The notes under the pieces: model-generated
Database searches by the model: none
What the model was told of the DNA's origin: nothing
What the model saw: only the letters and a program-made list of their open reading frames with translations
Program-made: the position numbers and the translations under genes
Shown here: in pieces, positions 23,801 to 35,121 of the stretch
How the letters are laid out: every line of letters starts with the position of its first letter
Position numbering within the stretch: the first letter of the stretch is position 1
Assembly (NCBI RefSeq): GCF_018977255.1
Contig: NW_024704743.1
Span: forward strand, 100,318,001 to 100,382,000
Direction: 5' to 3'
DNA length: 64,000 bases
From: Callorhinchus milii
Lineage: Eukaryota

Positions 23801-26800
23801 TTTTAAAAGCCAGGAGACTGTGAAGAATGGAGATCTAATACATTTTTACCTTCTGGGCTCCAGAGTCCAAGGATGTGACAGAAAAACACAGCTTGGATGT
23901 TTATTCAACCCTCAGAAGATCTCCAGAGACCTCCTGTGACAACTGATGTTCCACATATTGCGCAATCACTACACTTTCCTGTGAATCCTGTGAAGTGTGT
24001 GAAATGACCTTCTGATGTGAAAAGTACTACATAAAACGCAAGTATTATCATTTTTGGTCATAGTTTTTTTTGGAAGGAGAGGGTGGAGTCATCTCCACCA
24101 TTGAAATAATGGAAGCAGAGGCTGGGAGCTGTGCTTGGGCGATGATGATCCTCCTGGCTTTCCTTACAATTCCGCTAACGTTATTTGGCAACTGAAAATC
24201 ATAAAAGAAATCCTAATCGGGGTTTGTATATGTGCGAAACATGGCAGGCAACTGCGAGCAGCAATGTCCCACAAACAATCATGGAGTGAGTGAACAATTT
24301 TAGTTGGGGGATTATTGGCCAGGACAATGTGGAAGCAACATGAGTGAGGTAGAGAGTTTCCAGTCTTAAAGTTTTGTGAACCAGAGTCGTAAAGTAGGAG
24401 ATGGTGGGACTGAGGAAAGTGACCAGACAAAAAGTCTTAACACTTTACAATATCTGCTGTAATTCAGCAGCAAACAGAAAGTTTGAGCTGAGATATATAT
24501 AAAAAAACTACATCAATGACAACCTGGTCAACACTAATATTACAGAAAGATGCATTCTAATAGAACAACTGAACAGTTAGATGTTTGTAACTTTTATGAG
24601 CTTTTTTCCATTTGGCTGATGTGCGCAAGATATTTGCAATGCACTTTAGTACAAAGATATCAACAACATTGAAAACAATGCTGATCAGGTAACCTTTACA
24701 TTGTAAAGAAGGTTTTATTTTAAATGCGGCACAGACAAAAATAGTCCCAGCAACCAAAAATAAACATATAATTAAAATAAACTCACACACACCTCCAAAT
24801 TTAGATCAATTATATTCTCCCTCCACCACCTCACCCACACAAATCAAAATTAGAGTCTAATTCACTGAGACTACAGCAGATATGGTAGCAGTGTCCATAC
24901 TCACCTTAGTTTATTATCCCTGTTCCTTGCTGAAAGGAAGTTCAAAATTCCCACATAGTCTTAGCTGATAAGACCTTGAATTACCTTCAGTTTTAACGTC
25001 ACGCACAAAATGTGGAAAAATTCTTAAAATTCAGTTTCAATGTAGAATCTGGTTTCTTTTCCATGAACTGCAGGAAGCGGCTTCCAAAATCAAACTTGAA
25101 TTGAAGAATTCTCCACAATTCTGTGCAGTCTCGAATTTCAAGACACAATGGTATCAACTAACAGAGGCTAATGGAAATTCGACCTTCAGATTCCTTAATC
25201 TTTTATATCCTCGAGTTAAACTATACTGAGATCTTGGTGGTGGTGGATGGGTGGGGGGGTTAATGTTGTGGGCACAGGGTATGCTTTAAACTTTTTGCCT
25301 TAATATCTTTCAGAAGATAGAGATCAATATACACTTACACATGATTTCTTTCACAAGTCTTTGTCTTTGATCACCTTTCACTTTCTCTTCCCCTTCAACT
25401 TCTCAATCACAGCTTCTCAACTGGGGGTCCCAGTGGTCTGTCTGTGTCTGTCTGTCTGTCTCCCTGCAGTCAATCACACAGTCTCTCTCCCACGCTGGAT
25501 CTCAGAAGTCACTGAGTTCACTTGGATGTCTGACACGTAAATGTTAACAGCAACCAATAAAAGAGGAAGTTCCAGTCCGGAGCAATGAGCAAAAGTGATT
25601 GCAATGAGTATTGTTCACCCCTCCCCTGCACCTTCAGTCCACGCATGGGGAGGTGTTGCAGAGGTTGAGGTGTCACTGACTGCAGTGCAAGTGGCAAGAG
25701 GGCAAAGGTACGAGAGACACAGAGAAATCAGCCACAAACTCCTGATCTTAATGCAGCTCTGCACTACAGCCTGGAACTCATACACAGCTGACAAGCGCCC
25801 TCCCTGCCTGGCACCGCACAATGCACATCCCCATCACCAGGCAACAGGGGGGAGCAAAGAAACACAGTCACACACTGGGTTACACACTTGTCCATTGTCA
25901 ACTTTTTAAACAAAAATATGTCTTGCAGTTGCCTCAGCAAATATGAAGGTTGGATTCACTAAAGTGTATTTGGTGCACAGCAAATGTCTTATGTGAGTGT
26001 TGGTGTACTGCTGGAGTTCGATGAGCTAAAACTGCACAGCTCGTCATTGCGAGCACTGTCTGCTAAGCTTCTTTGTGCTTGCCCAGCCAGGACCATTGCC
26101 ACTGTTAGGGCTTGTAGGATTCAAAGGAGCTGAGTAGGAAGAATCCTGGTATCCAGTAATCTGTCAACCTCTCTAAGTCCTACCATTAGCTGCTCTGTCA
26201 TTAGTAGAGCCCTGGAGTACTATGGAACTGCCTGGCTCAGAAACCAGATCACTGAGACTCCCACAGAGGGTTGCTCAAATCTGACATTCTGTTGCCAAGC
26301 ATGTCAATTTGGAGCCTGATCAGATCAAAGGGAGCACTGCTTGCCTGCCTCCACCCCACTCACCCCCTCTCAACCCCCCCATCCCCAAGGAGGATAGATG
26401 ATAAACAGTGCAAACAGTGAAAGTATTATGCACTATTGTAACTGCACGAAAGCTTAACTGGCAATGTAAATGAACAGTCCTATTTATTGAGGCTCATTCA
26501 ATGGATTCTCTTCTGTTTTCTTCCTCTTGGGATGCATCCTAAACATGCTCCACTCCACTGAGTCGTTTACATTATTCTTTGTGTCTGGTAAACACAGGGG
26601 GCTTTCACATTTGAAGGATAAAGAGAGCTACATGCATTCATTGAGTTAAAAATAAACTCTCACAATGATCTTCTCTTTGAGAACTAGTGTAAAATCATTT
26701 GCCATGTCTTTCTCTTAAAAATGATTACTCCAGATTAACCGTATTGTAAAAGCTGAAAAAATATGCAAGTAGTTTCATTTTCAAAAGGAGTTCTCTTATT

Positions 26801-27499
26801 TTCTTTCCCTCTACTGTCTATTAAAGAGAAAATATTGTGGCTGTACAGTTTGAGAATCTAAATTTGCAATGCAAATAGAAAGCTACGTATTTTTGCTGTA
26901 GGGTATGCTTTGCTTTTCTCTTCAAGACTGCATTTGATAAGAAACCTTGCCAATTGTAGCAATCATCATGCAGTATGCTTAAGGCCCACCTTTACAACGT
27001 GATCTTAAAGTGGCTTTGAAAACTCATCTGCAATACATATTAATGTGTGCCTATTCTGGACAAAATCTATCATCGTACCAGTCTACACAAGCATATTCGG
27101 AAATCTAAATTTGCTGCCCTCGCTTGACCCTTTAAGGTACTACATAAGATGAAAATCGCTGAAGATCAATTAGTTCTCTTATAATTGCTGTATCTAAGAC
27201 AACATCACTTTTCAACATCTAAGACAACATCAACATTCTTTAGTCTATTTAATCTCATAAGCAGTTGTCGATAGAAGCTCTTAACCAAGCACAACTAATT
27301 AACTTGATATGCAAGAATACCTGTTTACATTCATCTTAGTGGTGAATCACTTTGGCGTTTAATTCGCCTCATGAATGCATTAGCAAGTGAACAGGGCTGA
27401 CAAGTGATTCATACTGTGAACATAAAACGAAAATTGTGGATGTTGGGTTTTTGGTGACTTTGTTTTCTGGATTTTAAAATTTGGTTCTTAAAATTCACC

Positions 27500-27950
27500 C
27501 AATCTCTCATCCTTTCACCCCTATCCTCACCCGGCTCCACATCATTCAGAGGATAGAGTTCAAAATCAATTCATCCTGGCCCTCAAAGCTCTCCAAGGTC
27601 TTGCTCCTTCCTACCTCTGTAATCTTTTAACTCCATACCGATCTGTCCGCTCTCTCCACTCAGGGGTCTCTGGCCTGCTCCATGTCCCTCATCTGACACG
27701 CCCCACCATCAGTGGTCAGGCCTTAGCCTCTCTCTTCCCACCCTTTAGAACTCCATCTCACAGTCTCATCACCTTGCTCCCTCCTTTGCCTCCTTCAAGG
27801 CCCGTCTCAAGCCTTTCCTCTTCGATCACACCTTCCTTGCTTTCCACCCCTCATGATCCCAACCCCCAGCTTAGGTCCAAATCCTTGACTGTCCAGTGCC
27901 TTGGGGCATTCTACCAACATGAAAGGCACTTTACAAATGTAATTTGTTAT
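27500..27950 (+). mobile_element. L2 LINE 3' fragment
   Basis: Similar to 33050-33840 (cggctccac..cagaggatagagttcaaaatc; ccagtgccttgggg...tgaaaggcactttacaaatgtaat). Confidence 0.8.
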
Positions 27951-30900
27951 CGTTTCCCAATCTCTCACTCACCCACACAGCACACAGTCACTCCACTTTA
28001 CAGTAGTAAAATGCTTTGGGACATCCTCCTGACGTGAAAGGCATAATACCAAATGTAAGAATTATTGCTATATTATTATTTTACTAGTTTTATCTCATTG
28101 TGGAATTTCTTCCCATTCCTAGACTAAGTCCTAAGTCTTTGAGGTTTTTTTCTCTGACTCAGGGTTAAAGATTTATTGGCCACCAAGAACTCGGTCTAAC
28201 TTGAATTTTTATTTTCAAGTAGCTGTTCACTTTCATAATTCACTATTAAATGTTCTGAATATAATTTTGAGAATAACAGAAGTAATTACAGTTTCTTTGT
28301 ATAGCTGGTTCATAGACTTAGCACCCAGGATGGGTTCAAATACTGTGTTCCATTCACAGCAAAACCTGATGAGGGAATTAGGATGCTAAATGCAACGATA
28401 CCCATTTAATTATGTATGTGATTTAATGAATCACCATCTGTAAGTACAGGTTTAAATGCCTGGAACTATCTGCAATGTTAGTCTAGGTTAATACCCCTCA
28501 CTTACTGTTTAACATATTAAATACAGGTAGGATTAAGATAAAATAAGAAATGTTTTGAGGCACCTTAAGATCCTTTGGACTATGGTTTCAGTCACCTTTC
28601 TCTCTCCACTATGGACCAGTGATCCTTCAGCCACTTTGCTCCAGTTCTGTGGAAGTGTCTCACGCCTTCTCTCTCTGCTTTCTTATCCCAAATCTCTCTA
28701 CCAGATCTACCAGATATCAGATCTACCTCTAACTCTGCTTTCAGCAGCAATTGCCCCCTCCCAGGTTCCACTCCCCAAACTCTACCTTGGTCAGGCTCTA
28801 ACTCAGTCTTTGTAAAGTACTTTAAAATAATCTCCCAACGTGAAGGGCAATGTATTAAGTGTAAATTGCTGTTATTGCACTGGTGTGTCAGTCTGAACCG
28901 AGGGTTTGAAACCACAAACATTTGCTCACTAATCATCCAATTATTCCATTTGATGGAAGTTTGGCTTTAATTTGATTATCCTCATATAATATAAAGGCCT
29001 TTACAAAGACTCACTAGAAGTGAACACCAGCATAGAAAGAGTAATTTCTGTAGCAAAATATATAAGTATCTTATGAGCAGGGACCACTGCAAATGGAAAT
29101 GAGTAACTGAAACACCTAAAGCAGAAGGAGCTTAAAGGGGCTTTCAAACATTGGTGCAATGTTGTTAAATTTTCAGGAGAATATATTGAAATAAAATATT
29201 TTCATGCCTTTTTAAAAAAAAAGCCAAGAATATGAAAGCAGTGGTTTAAACTATCTGTCACCTTTCATTAGTATCACACCGTAAATACATCAAGACTAAA
29301 ATGAAATTGTCTCTGACTGCAAATTATTAGTACATCAAAAATATATTTGGCTGTGATTGGCAGACACTGGATGTCAACTGGGTTTAAGTAACTCTGAAGT
29401 GGGTAAGATTGAGAGGGTACTAGCAGAGCCTTTAATATGTAGAGTGTGCTGCTCTCCTGTAAGTGAAATAAATGAAGTGAAATAAAGCCCGATGGCACTT
29501 CAGTCACAGCAAGTCATAGCATTCAATCATTGGAGGCTCTCGTCTGTCATTGCCCACAAAAGCACCTGGCACTTGCAAAATAAATCCCAACAAAGATGGA
29601 ATGAAGTCATTGCCTTGAACTCCATCTCTATTAGAATAATGAACAATCCAGGCTGGAGTGTGTTTCAGTAATGCAACACATCTCGGGGCAGAGATATTGA
29701 TAGATAGTTTAAGTCACCTCATGGGTAACTGGATTTGTACCAAGCTCTGGCCTTGAGCCACACACTGATTTTTTTTTGTTCAGCCATGGGGCTAACATAC
29801 ACAGACCAGACTGAGGGCCATGGATGCCATGCTACTTGCAATGCCTAATGAGGTTAGAGAGGGTTTGTCCAATGGGTAAGCTGGTAAAGTCACTGGCTAA
29901 GAGTGAGACTGAACCAGACAAATACAATAGGACTCAGGCTTGGTTGGAGCATAGTCACTTTTCACTGATAATAGAGAACTCTCTCGCATGTGAGCCCAGA
30001 TGCCTTGGTGCACTTAAAAGTATTGTTCCGGGTTAACTTTCTCTCGAACATTTTGCATCTTGCCTAAGGTCCTCTCTGAGACAATGGTTTTCAATAATAA
30101 TAATCTTTCCATTTAATACAGCACCATATCACGCCATGTTGCAGACCCCTTTGAAACACAGTTTTCAATAATTATAATCTTTGCATTTGATTGGGGTCAT
30201 CCTGCATTTCCAAACTTTTTTTTCACAAAGCTCTCAAGTTAGTTCCATATCAGCCATTTCCTGATCTATCCATATTATGATTCCGAATGAATGAAAGTAA
30301 TGCAAGGATAAATCAACGACAAGTCACTACTAGAAATAAAAAGGAAAACTGTTAATGCTGGAAATCAACATAGCAATTAATGAAAATCTACAGGAGATGG
30401 ATTTGCATTGTTTCACCCACAAAATATACAGTCAATTCACTTTACAGTATAATCTGTGAAGCACTTTGAGACGTCTCAACAACGTGATAAGGTGCTATAT
30501 CAAATGTAAGGATTATTATTATCATAAAGAGAAAGCTAGGTCACTAATCCACCAGCTAAATTGGTTACTCACACACTTATGGGACATTACAATGCATAGG
30601 ATTATTATATTTATAAAATACGTAAAATATATTTTACGTATATTATAATTGCTGTGTCTATGTTCTATATGAACTTCCACCTAATGGAGCTTCCATTTGA
30701 TGTATGCATCAAATTTCCTCTAAAATACATTGCACAAATAGGCTACCACAAACATCTAAATAATCACTACACTATAGCAATTACGAGTAAAGCACAATGA
30801 TTATTACTGTCTTGGGAGGTTATCTGTCATCAAATTGGTTCTATTGTTCCCTTTCAGATGCTGATTGACCTGCTGTGTAGTTCTAACATTTTTGTTTTTA

Positions 30901-32068
30901 ATTTAAGAAACAATTTTGTTTGTTCTGAAAAATACTTTTGCAGTCAAATATTAAGGAAATGTAGCTTCCGATGCCACTGAATTTTGAGATCTCATGTTAT
31001 TCCCTATTGAGATAATGGTTTGTAAAATGGAGAGACATAATGACATTGTGAAATATAATGATTCACCATTGTTCTGTTTCTGCAGCTAATGACTTGTTGT
31101 TCATGTTAGCAATAAAATAATTTATTTATAACTCTTATACTTCATTGGACTTTGTAAGGGTCTACATAGTCCAACTTAGCAACTGTTAAAATGTTTTTTG
31201 AAAGTGAAATCCAGTCAACAACATAAATGCATTATTAAAATTCCAGCATAACCCTAATCCACGGAGGCATATTTTAGCCATGCCTTCTACTGAATCATCT
31301 GGGGTGTCTTATCAGTAGCGCTCAAATATTCAACAGAAACAGCAGGGAGCTGGGACAACTTTAGAAACTGACAATAAAAGCACATGTGTTGAATATTATT
31401 TTCTCCTTCCCCCTTTCCTGATCTGTATAGATCTGTGCTGCACCACATAATGGTTACTTAATTATGAAATAAATAATACAAATACTGGCTGCCAAATGTA
31501 TTAGTACATTGTGCTTTTACTACCTCTGAGATTTGTGTACGAATGCATGCCAAACTGATGAGTTGAATTTCTCTGTTCTCTGTCTGATTTACACAGGTCC
31601 TATGTGGAATGAATTCAGGATAATGGCACTGGGATGCAATTTTGTGACCCAAAGCTCCTTACATTTTGGTACAAATTTAACTTGATAATTTCACTCCTGT
31701 CACAATTAATCTCGACACTGCATCTTGGTTCCTGCAACTGATGTTCAGAGCTATCTTTATTCTGTAAATATCAATCTGTGTGGTAATATCAACTATTGAA
31801 CTTGGTTATGCAGCACAAGACCAGGAAAATCTTGTACACAGAATTTTGTAATTGTCTATCCCTGAGGTAGGCAGCTCTACAATGGCAGAACAGTAATAAG
31901 CCACAGATTCCCAGACACAAGGGATAATGATACATCTGCAGAATCTGCTGTACTAAGAATTTTGAAAATTATAACAAATAGAGTAAGGGGATCTCCAAAG
32001 GCTGGGAAATGTACATATCATTTGCCAGCCTGTATTATCAGCAATGTTGTATCTCATTCACGCTATTA

Positions 32069-33840
32069 ACCATCTCTGACCTCCCATTCCTCTCCAAGGT
32101 CCTGGAACGAGTCTTCACGTCCCAGCTCCGCTCCTTTCTTTCTCGCCATTCCCTCTTTGAACCCCTCCAATCTGGCTTCCGCGCTGCCCACAGCACGGAA
32201 ACAGCCTTGGTCAAAGTCACTAATGACATTCTGAACATCTGTGATCAGGGCTCCCTCTGCCTCCTTGTCCTCCTCGACCTCTCTGCCACCTTCGACACTG
32301 TCGACCACTCCATCCTCATACACCGCCTCTCTTCTTTACTTAATCTTCGCGGACCTGCCCTTGCCTGGTTTGATTCCTATCTCTCTCACCGTCTCCACTT
32401 TGTTGCCTCTAACAGTTTCTCCTCCAGCCCCCGCACTGTCACGTCTGGCGTCCCCCAGGGCTCTGTCCTTGGCCCTCTCTTCTTTAATATCTATATGCTC
32501 CCCCTTGGTGACATCATCCGCAGACATGGAGTCTACTTCCATATGTATGCGGATGACACCCAACTCTTATCTTTTTGCCTCCACCCTCAATTCCAGGACC
32601 ACTGCTGTCCTGACAGACTGCCTGTCGGACATCAAGTCCTGGATGAGGGCAAATTTCCTACAGTGGAATGTGAACAAGACTGAGGCCCTCCTGATTGACT
32701 TGCGCCAGCGCCTCAGCACCTCAGGCTCTGTCAACATCAACCCCCATGGTTACACACTACAACTCACCAAGTCAGTCAGGAACCTAGGTGTCTTGTTCAA
32801 CCCTCAACTGTCTCTTCTTCTTCACATTCAAGCCATGACTCGCTCTGCCTTCCCTCACCTCTGTAACTTCGGTCGACTCCACCACTACCTCACTCCTCAG
32901 GCCGCTGAAACTCTTGTTCACGCCTTCATCACCTCCAGGCTCGACTATGCAAATGCCCTGCTTGTCAGCCTTCCCAACTCCTCCCTCCACAAGCTGCAGA
33001 TAATCCAGAATTCTGCAGCCCGTGTCCTCTCCCGCACCAAACTCCGTGACCCCATCTCCCTCATTCTCGCCCGACTCCATTGGCTCCCTATCCTTCAGAG
33101 GATCCAGTTCAAGATCCTGGTCCTCACCTACAAAGCCCTCCATGGCCTCGCTCGCCCCTACCTCTGAGACCTCCTAACCCCCTACCAACCCGCCTGCTAC
33201 CTCCGCTCAGCCGGCTCTGACCTGCTCCACGTCTTCCGACCCACCTGCCCCACCATTGGCGGGAGAGCCTTCAGCCACTCTAATAATAATACTAATAATA
33301 ATAATCCTTGCATTTGATACAGCGCTTTTCACGTCGGGAGGACGTCCCAAAGCGCTTCACAGAACACACTGTAAAGTGAATTGACTGCATATTTGTGGGC
33401 GAACGTGGCAGCCAATTACGCACAGCAATGTCCCACAAACAGTCGTAGATTGAAAATGACCAAATTTTATTATTGGTTTTGGTTTTGGAGGGATTATTAT
33501 TAGGCGTGTGGAGTAAAGAAACTTGCCCAAGGTTTCGCCCTGCCTGGAATTGAACTCAGGTCTCTCGCTTGCAAAACGAGTGCTCTAACCACTGAGCTAC
33601 AGGACTCCTCTGCCCCCAACCTCTGGAATTCCATCCCCCAATCATTCCATCTCGCCCCCTCCTTTGCCTTCTTCGAGTCCCACTTCAAGTCCCTCCTCTT
33701 TGACCATTGGCCACCCCCCTTCCACTCCCCTCCCTTCTCCCCCCCGACCCTAGCTCGGGTCTGAAATGCTATACACTGTCCAGCGCCTTGGGACGTCCTC
33801 CCGCCTTGAAAGGTGCTAAATGTAATCTTGTTGTTGTTGT
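32069..33840 (+). mobile_element. 5'-truncated L2-clade LINE (reverse transcriptase remnant, frameshifted), interrupted by a SINE
   Basis: ORFs give LPFLSKVLER, LQSGFRAAHSTETALVKVTND, LLDLSATFDTVDH, GVPQGSVLGP and YADDTQL. After a frameshift near 32570 they give VRNLGV, TSRLDYANALL, LQIIQNSAARVL and LHWLPILQRIQFKIL. Ends in a 3' stem-loop and a (TTG)n tail. Confidence 0.93.
33281..33607 (-). mobile_element. Full-length young tRNA-derived SINE (Deu-domain type, L2-like tail), nested in the L2
   Basis: Head with A box TAGCTCAGTGG, anticodon-like arm around TGC and B box GTTCAATTCC. Body TGTTTGTGGGACATTGCTGTGCG..ATTGGCTGCC and (ATT)n tail. The L2 sequence ccactc|ctctgccccc resumes on both sides. 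Confidence 0.9.
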
Positions 33841-34132
33841 TAAACACAATTTAATGGCCAGCGACTAATACAATCTTTCTGCTCCAAATGTATATTTGCT
33901 CATTGCAAATAACGTGGCTATCAAGAATACAGAAACACATAAGGCACTGAAGAAATGGCGGACTGGGATGCTAGACAGGTTTGTGTGAGCCCAGTATAAA
34001 TTATTCAAATGCTCAGTGACATGGATCAACAAGGAGTAGAACTCGCAGACTTGCAAGACATATTCTGGGAAGAGTCTTTCTCTGTAAACAATTTAGCGGG
34101 TACAGTGTAGACAAAAATATCAGAGAACTTAC

Positions 34133-34373
34133 CAGTGCTGCTTTGGATGGTCCTAACTGTAGTGGTTGTTCGAGGTGGTGAAGCTGACCTAAGTGACAAC
34201 CGTTCATCATCCTGTGAGCAGCCGCGTTCAATGGCCCTCACATAACTGTGGCTCCGCATGCGGAAACATCCCGGTATTGGCAGGTCCAGGGCTTCGACTG
34301 CCTGAGACTCGAGCTCACTGAAAACCGACTCACAAACAGATTCAAACTGTCCGTTAACTTCCACTTCACTCAC
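34133..34373 (-). CDS. DLGAP1: DLGAP1 coding exon, 241 nt, GK-binding repeat 5
   Basis: VSEVEVNGQFESVCESVFSELESQAVEALDLPIPGCFRMRSHSYVRAIERGCSQDDERLSLRSASPPRTTTTVRTIQSST. Acceptor gtgttgtag|GTG, donor G|gtaagt, phase 0 to 1. The next constitutive exon (expected ...KKTPPPVPPR...) was not found, so 1-34132 is read as one long intron. Confidence 0.96.
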
Positions 34374-34943
34374 CTACAACACACATAGGTAACAGTGGGT
34401 AAGAGCATGCTGGAGAAAGGGGTAGTGAAACCATCCTGTCTAGTAAATTAAAGCTGTAAAAAGATTATTTCATCTACCATGGATCTTGTCATATATCAGT
34501 ATAAAGGTGCTGGACAAACAGTGAAAGATTCTGAGTTGGCTGAGGTTGTTAAAGGTGAATACTCCAGGACTCAGGATATGAGAGTGAAATGACCGTCTCT
34601 TTGTCTCACTCTTTGTTTTATCCTTCATGTCTTATTTAGCTAAACTTTGCCACTCAGATATTTTTGTCTTCCTAGTGATTTTTCAGTAAATACAGAACCA
34701 CAGAATGTGATTACTGGAGCTAATCATGACCATTGATTGATCAACAAGGCTGAAAACTACCATCTGAAACAGCCTTTAATTATTGACGTTCAGATGCAAA
34801 AACACTGCTTCACCTGCAGCACAGTGATTTGGTCCAAAGTCTCTGAGCACCACCATTGTTGCCACACTGCCTCCAACCACCACCATTGTTGCCTTCAACC
34901 CCCCAATTGTAAACAACTCTGCTTTGTCTTGCAAATTACTTAC

Positions 34944-35121
34944 CTGACTGATCGTGCTCATGGCTCTCATATAGCTCTCGTTGCGAGAACGGAATTTGGG
35001 TGAGGCAAGCAGCACTGCGGGGTCTAGACTTTCCAGACTTCGATTGATTGAGACTTCACTGACAGCCCGCAAGTAACTGTGGCTTCGTATTTGCAGTTTG
35101 GGAGAGTGTTCACTCGATATC
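34944..35121 (-). CDS. DLGAP1: DLGAP1 coding exon, 178 nt, GK-binding repeats 3-4
   Basis: (K)ISSEHSPKLQIRSHSYLRAVSEVSINRSLESLDPAVLLASPKFRSRNESYMRAMSTISQ. Acceptor ccctgccag|G completes AA+G (Lys). Donor CAG|gtaagt, phase 2 to 0. Confidence 0.96.

Noticed and set aside
25595..25909. 104-aa plus-strand ORF and the many other 60-130 aa ORFs
   Set aside because: No recognisable domain or splice support. Most overlap SINE/LINE remnants or are chance ORFs.
32009..33167. Long RT-containing ORFs as a functional or domesticated gene
   Set aside because: 5'-truncated, frameshifted, prematurely stopped and interrupted by a SINE. This is an ordinary dead L2.
34026..34132. ORF extension GKFSDIFVYTVP...STPC* beyond the exon
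   Set aside because: Read-through past a consensus G|gtaagt donor. The same applies to the extensions at 34776-34943, 35122-35222 and 56688-56753.
34848..34893. Short direct duplications (caccaccattgttgcc twice; similar at about 27190-27235, 39328-39360 and 54488-54511)
   Set aside because: Ordinary two-copy slippage duplications with no repeat-spacer array.
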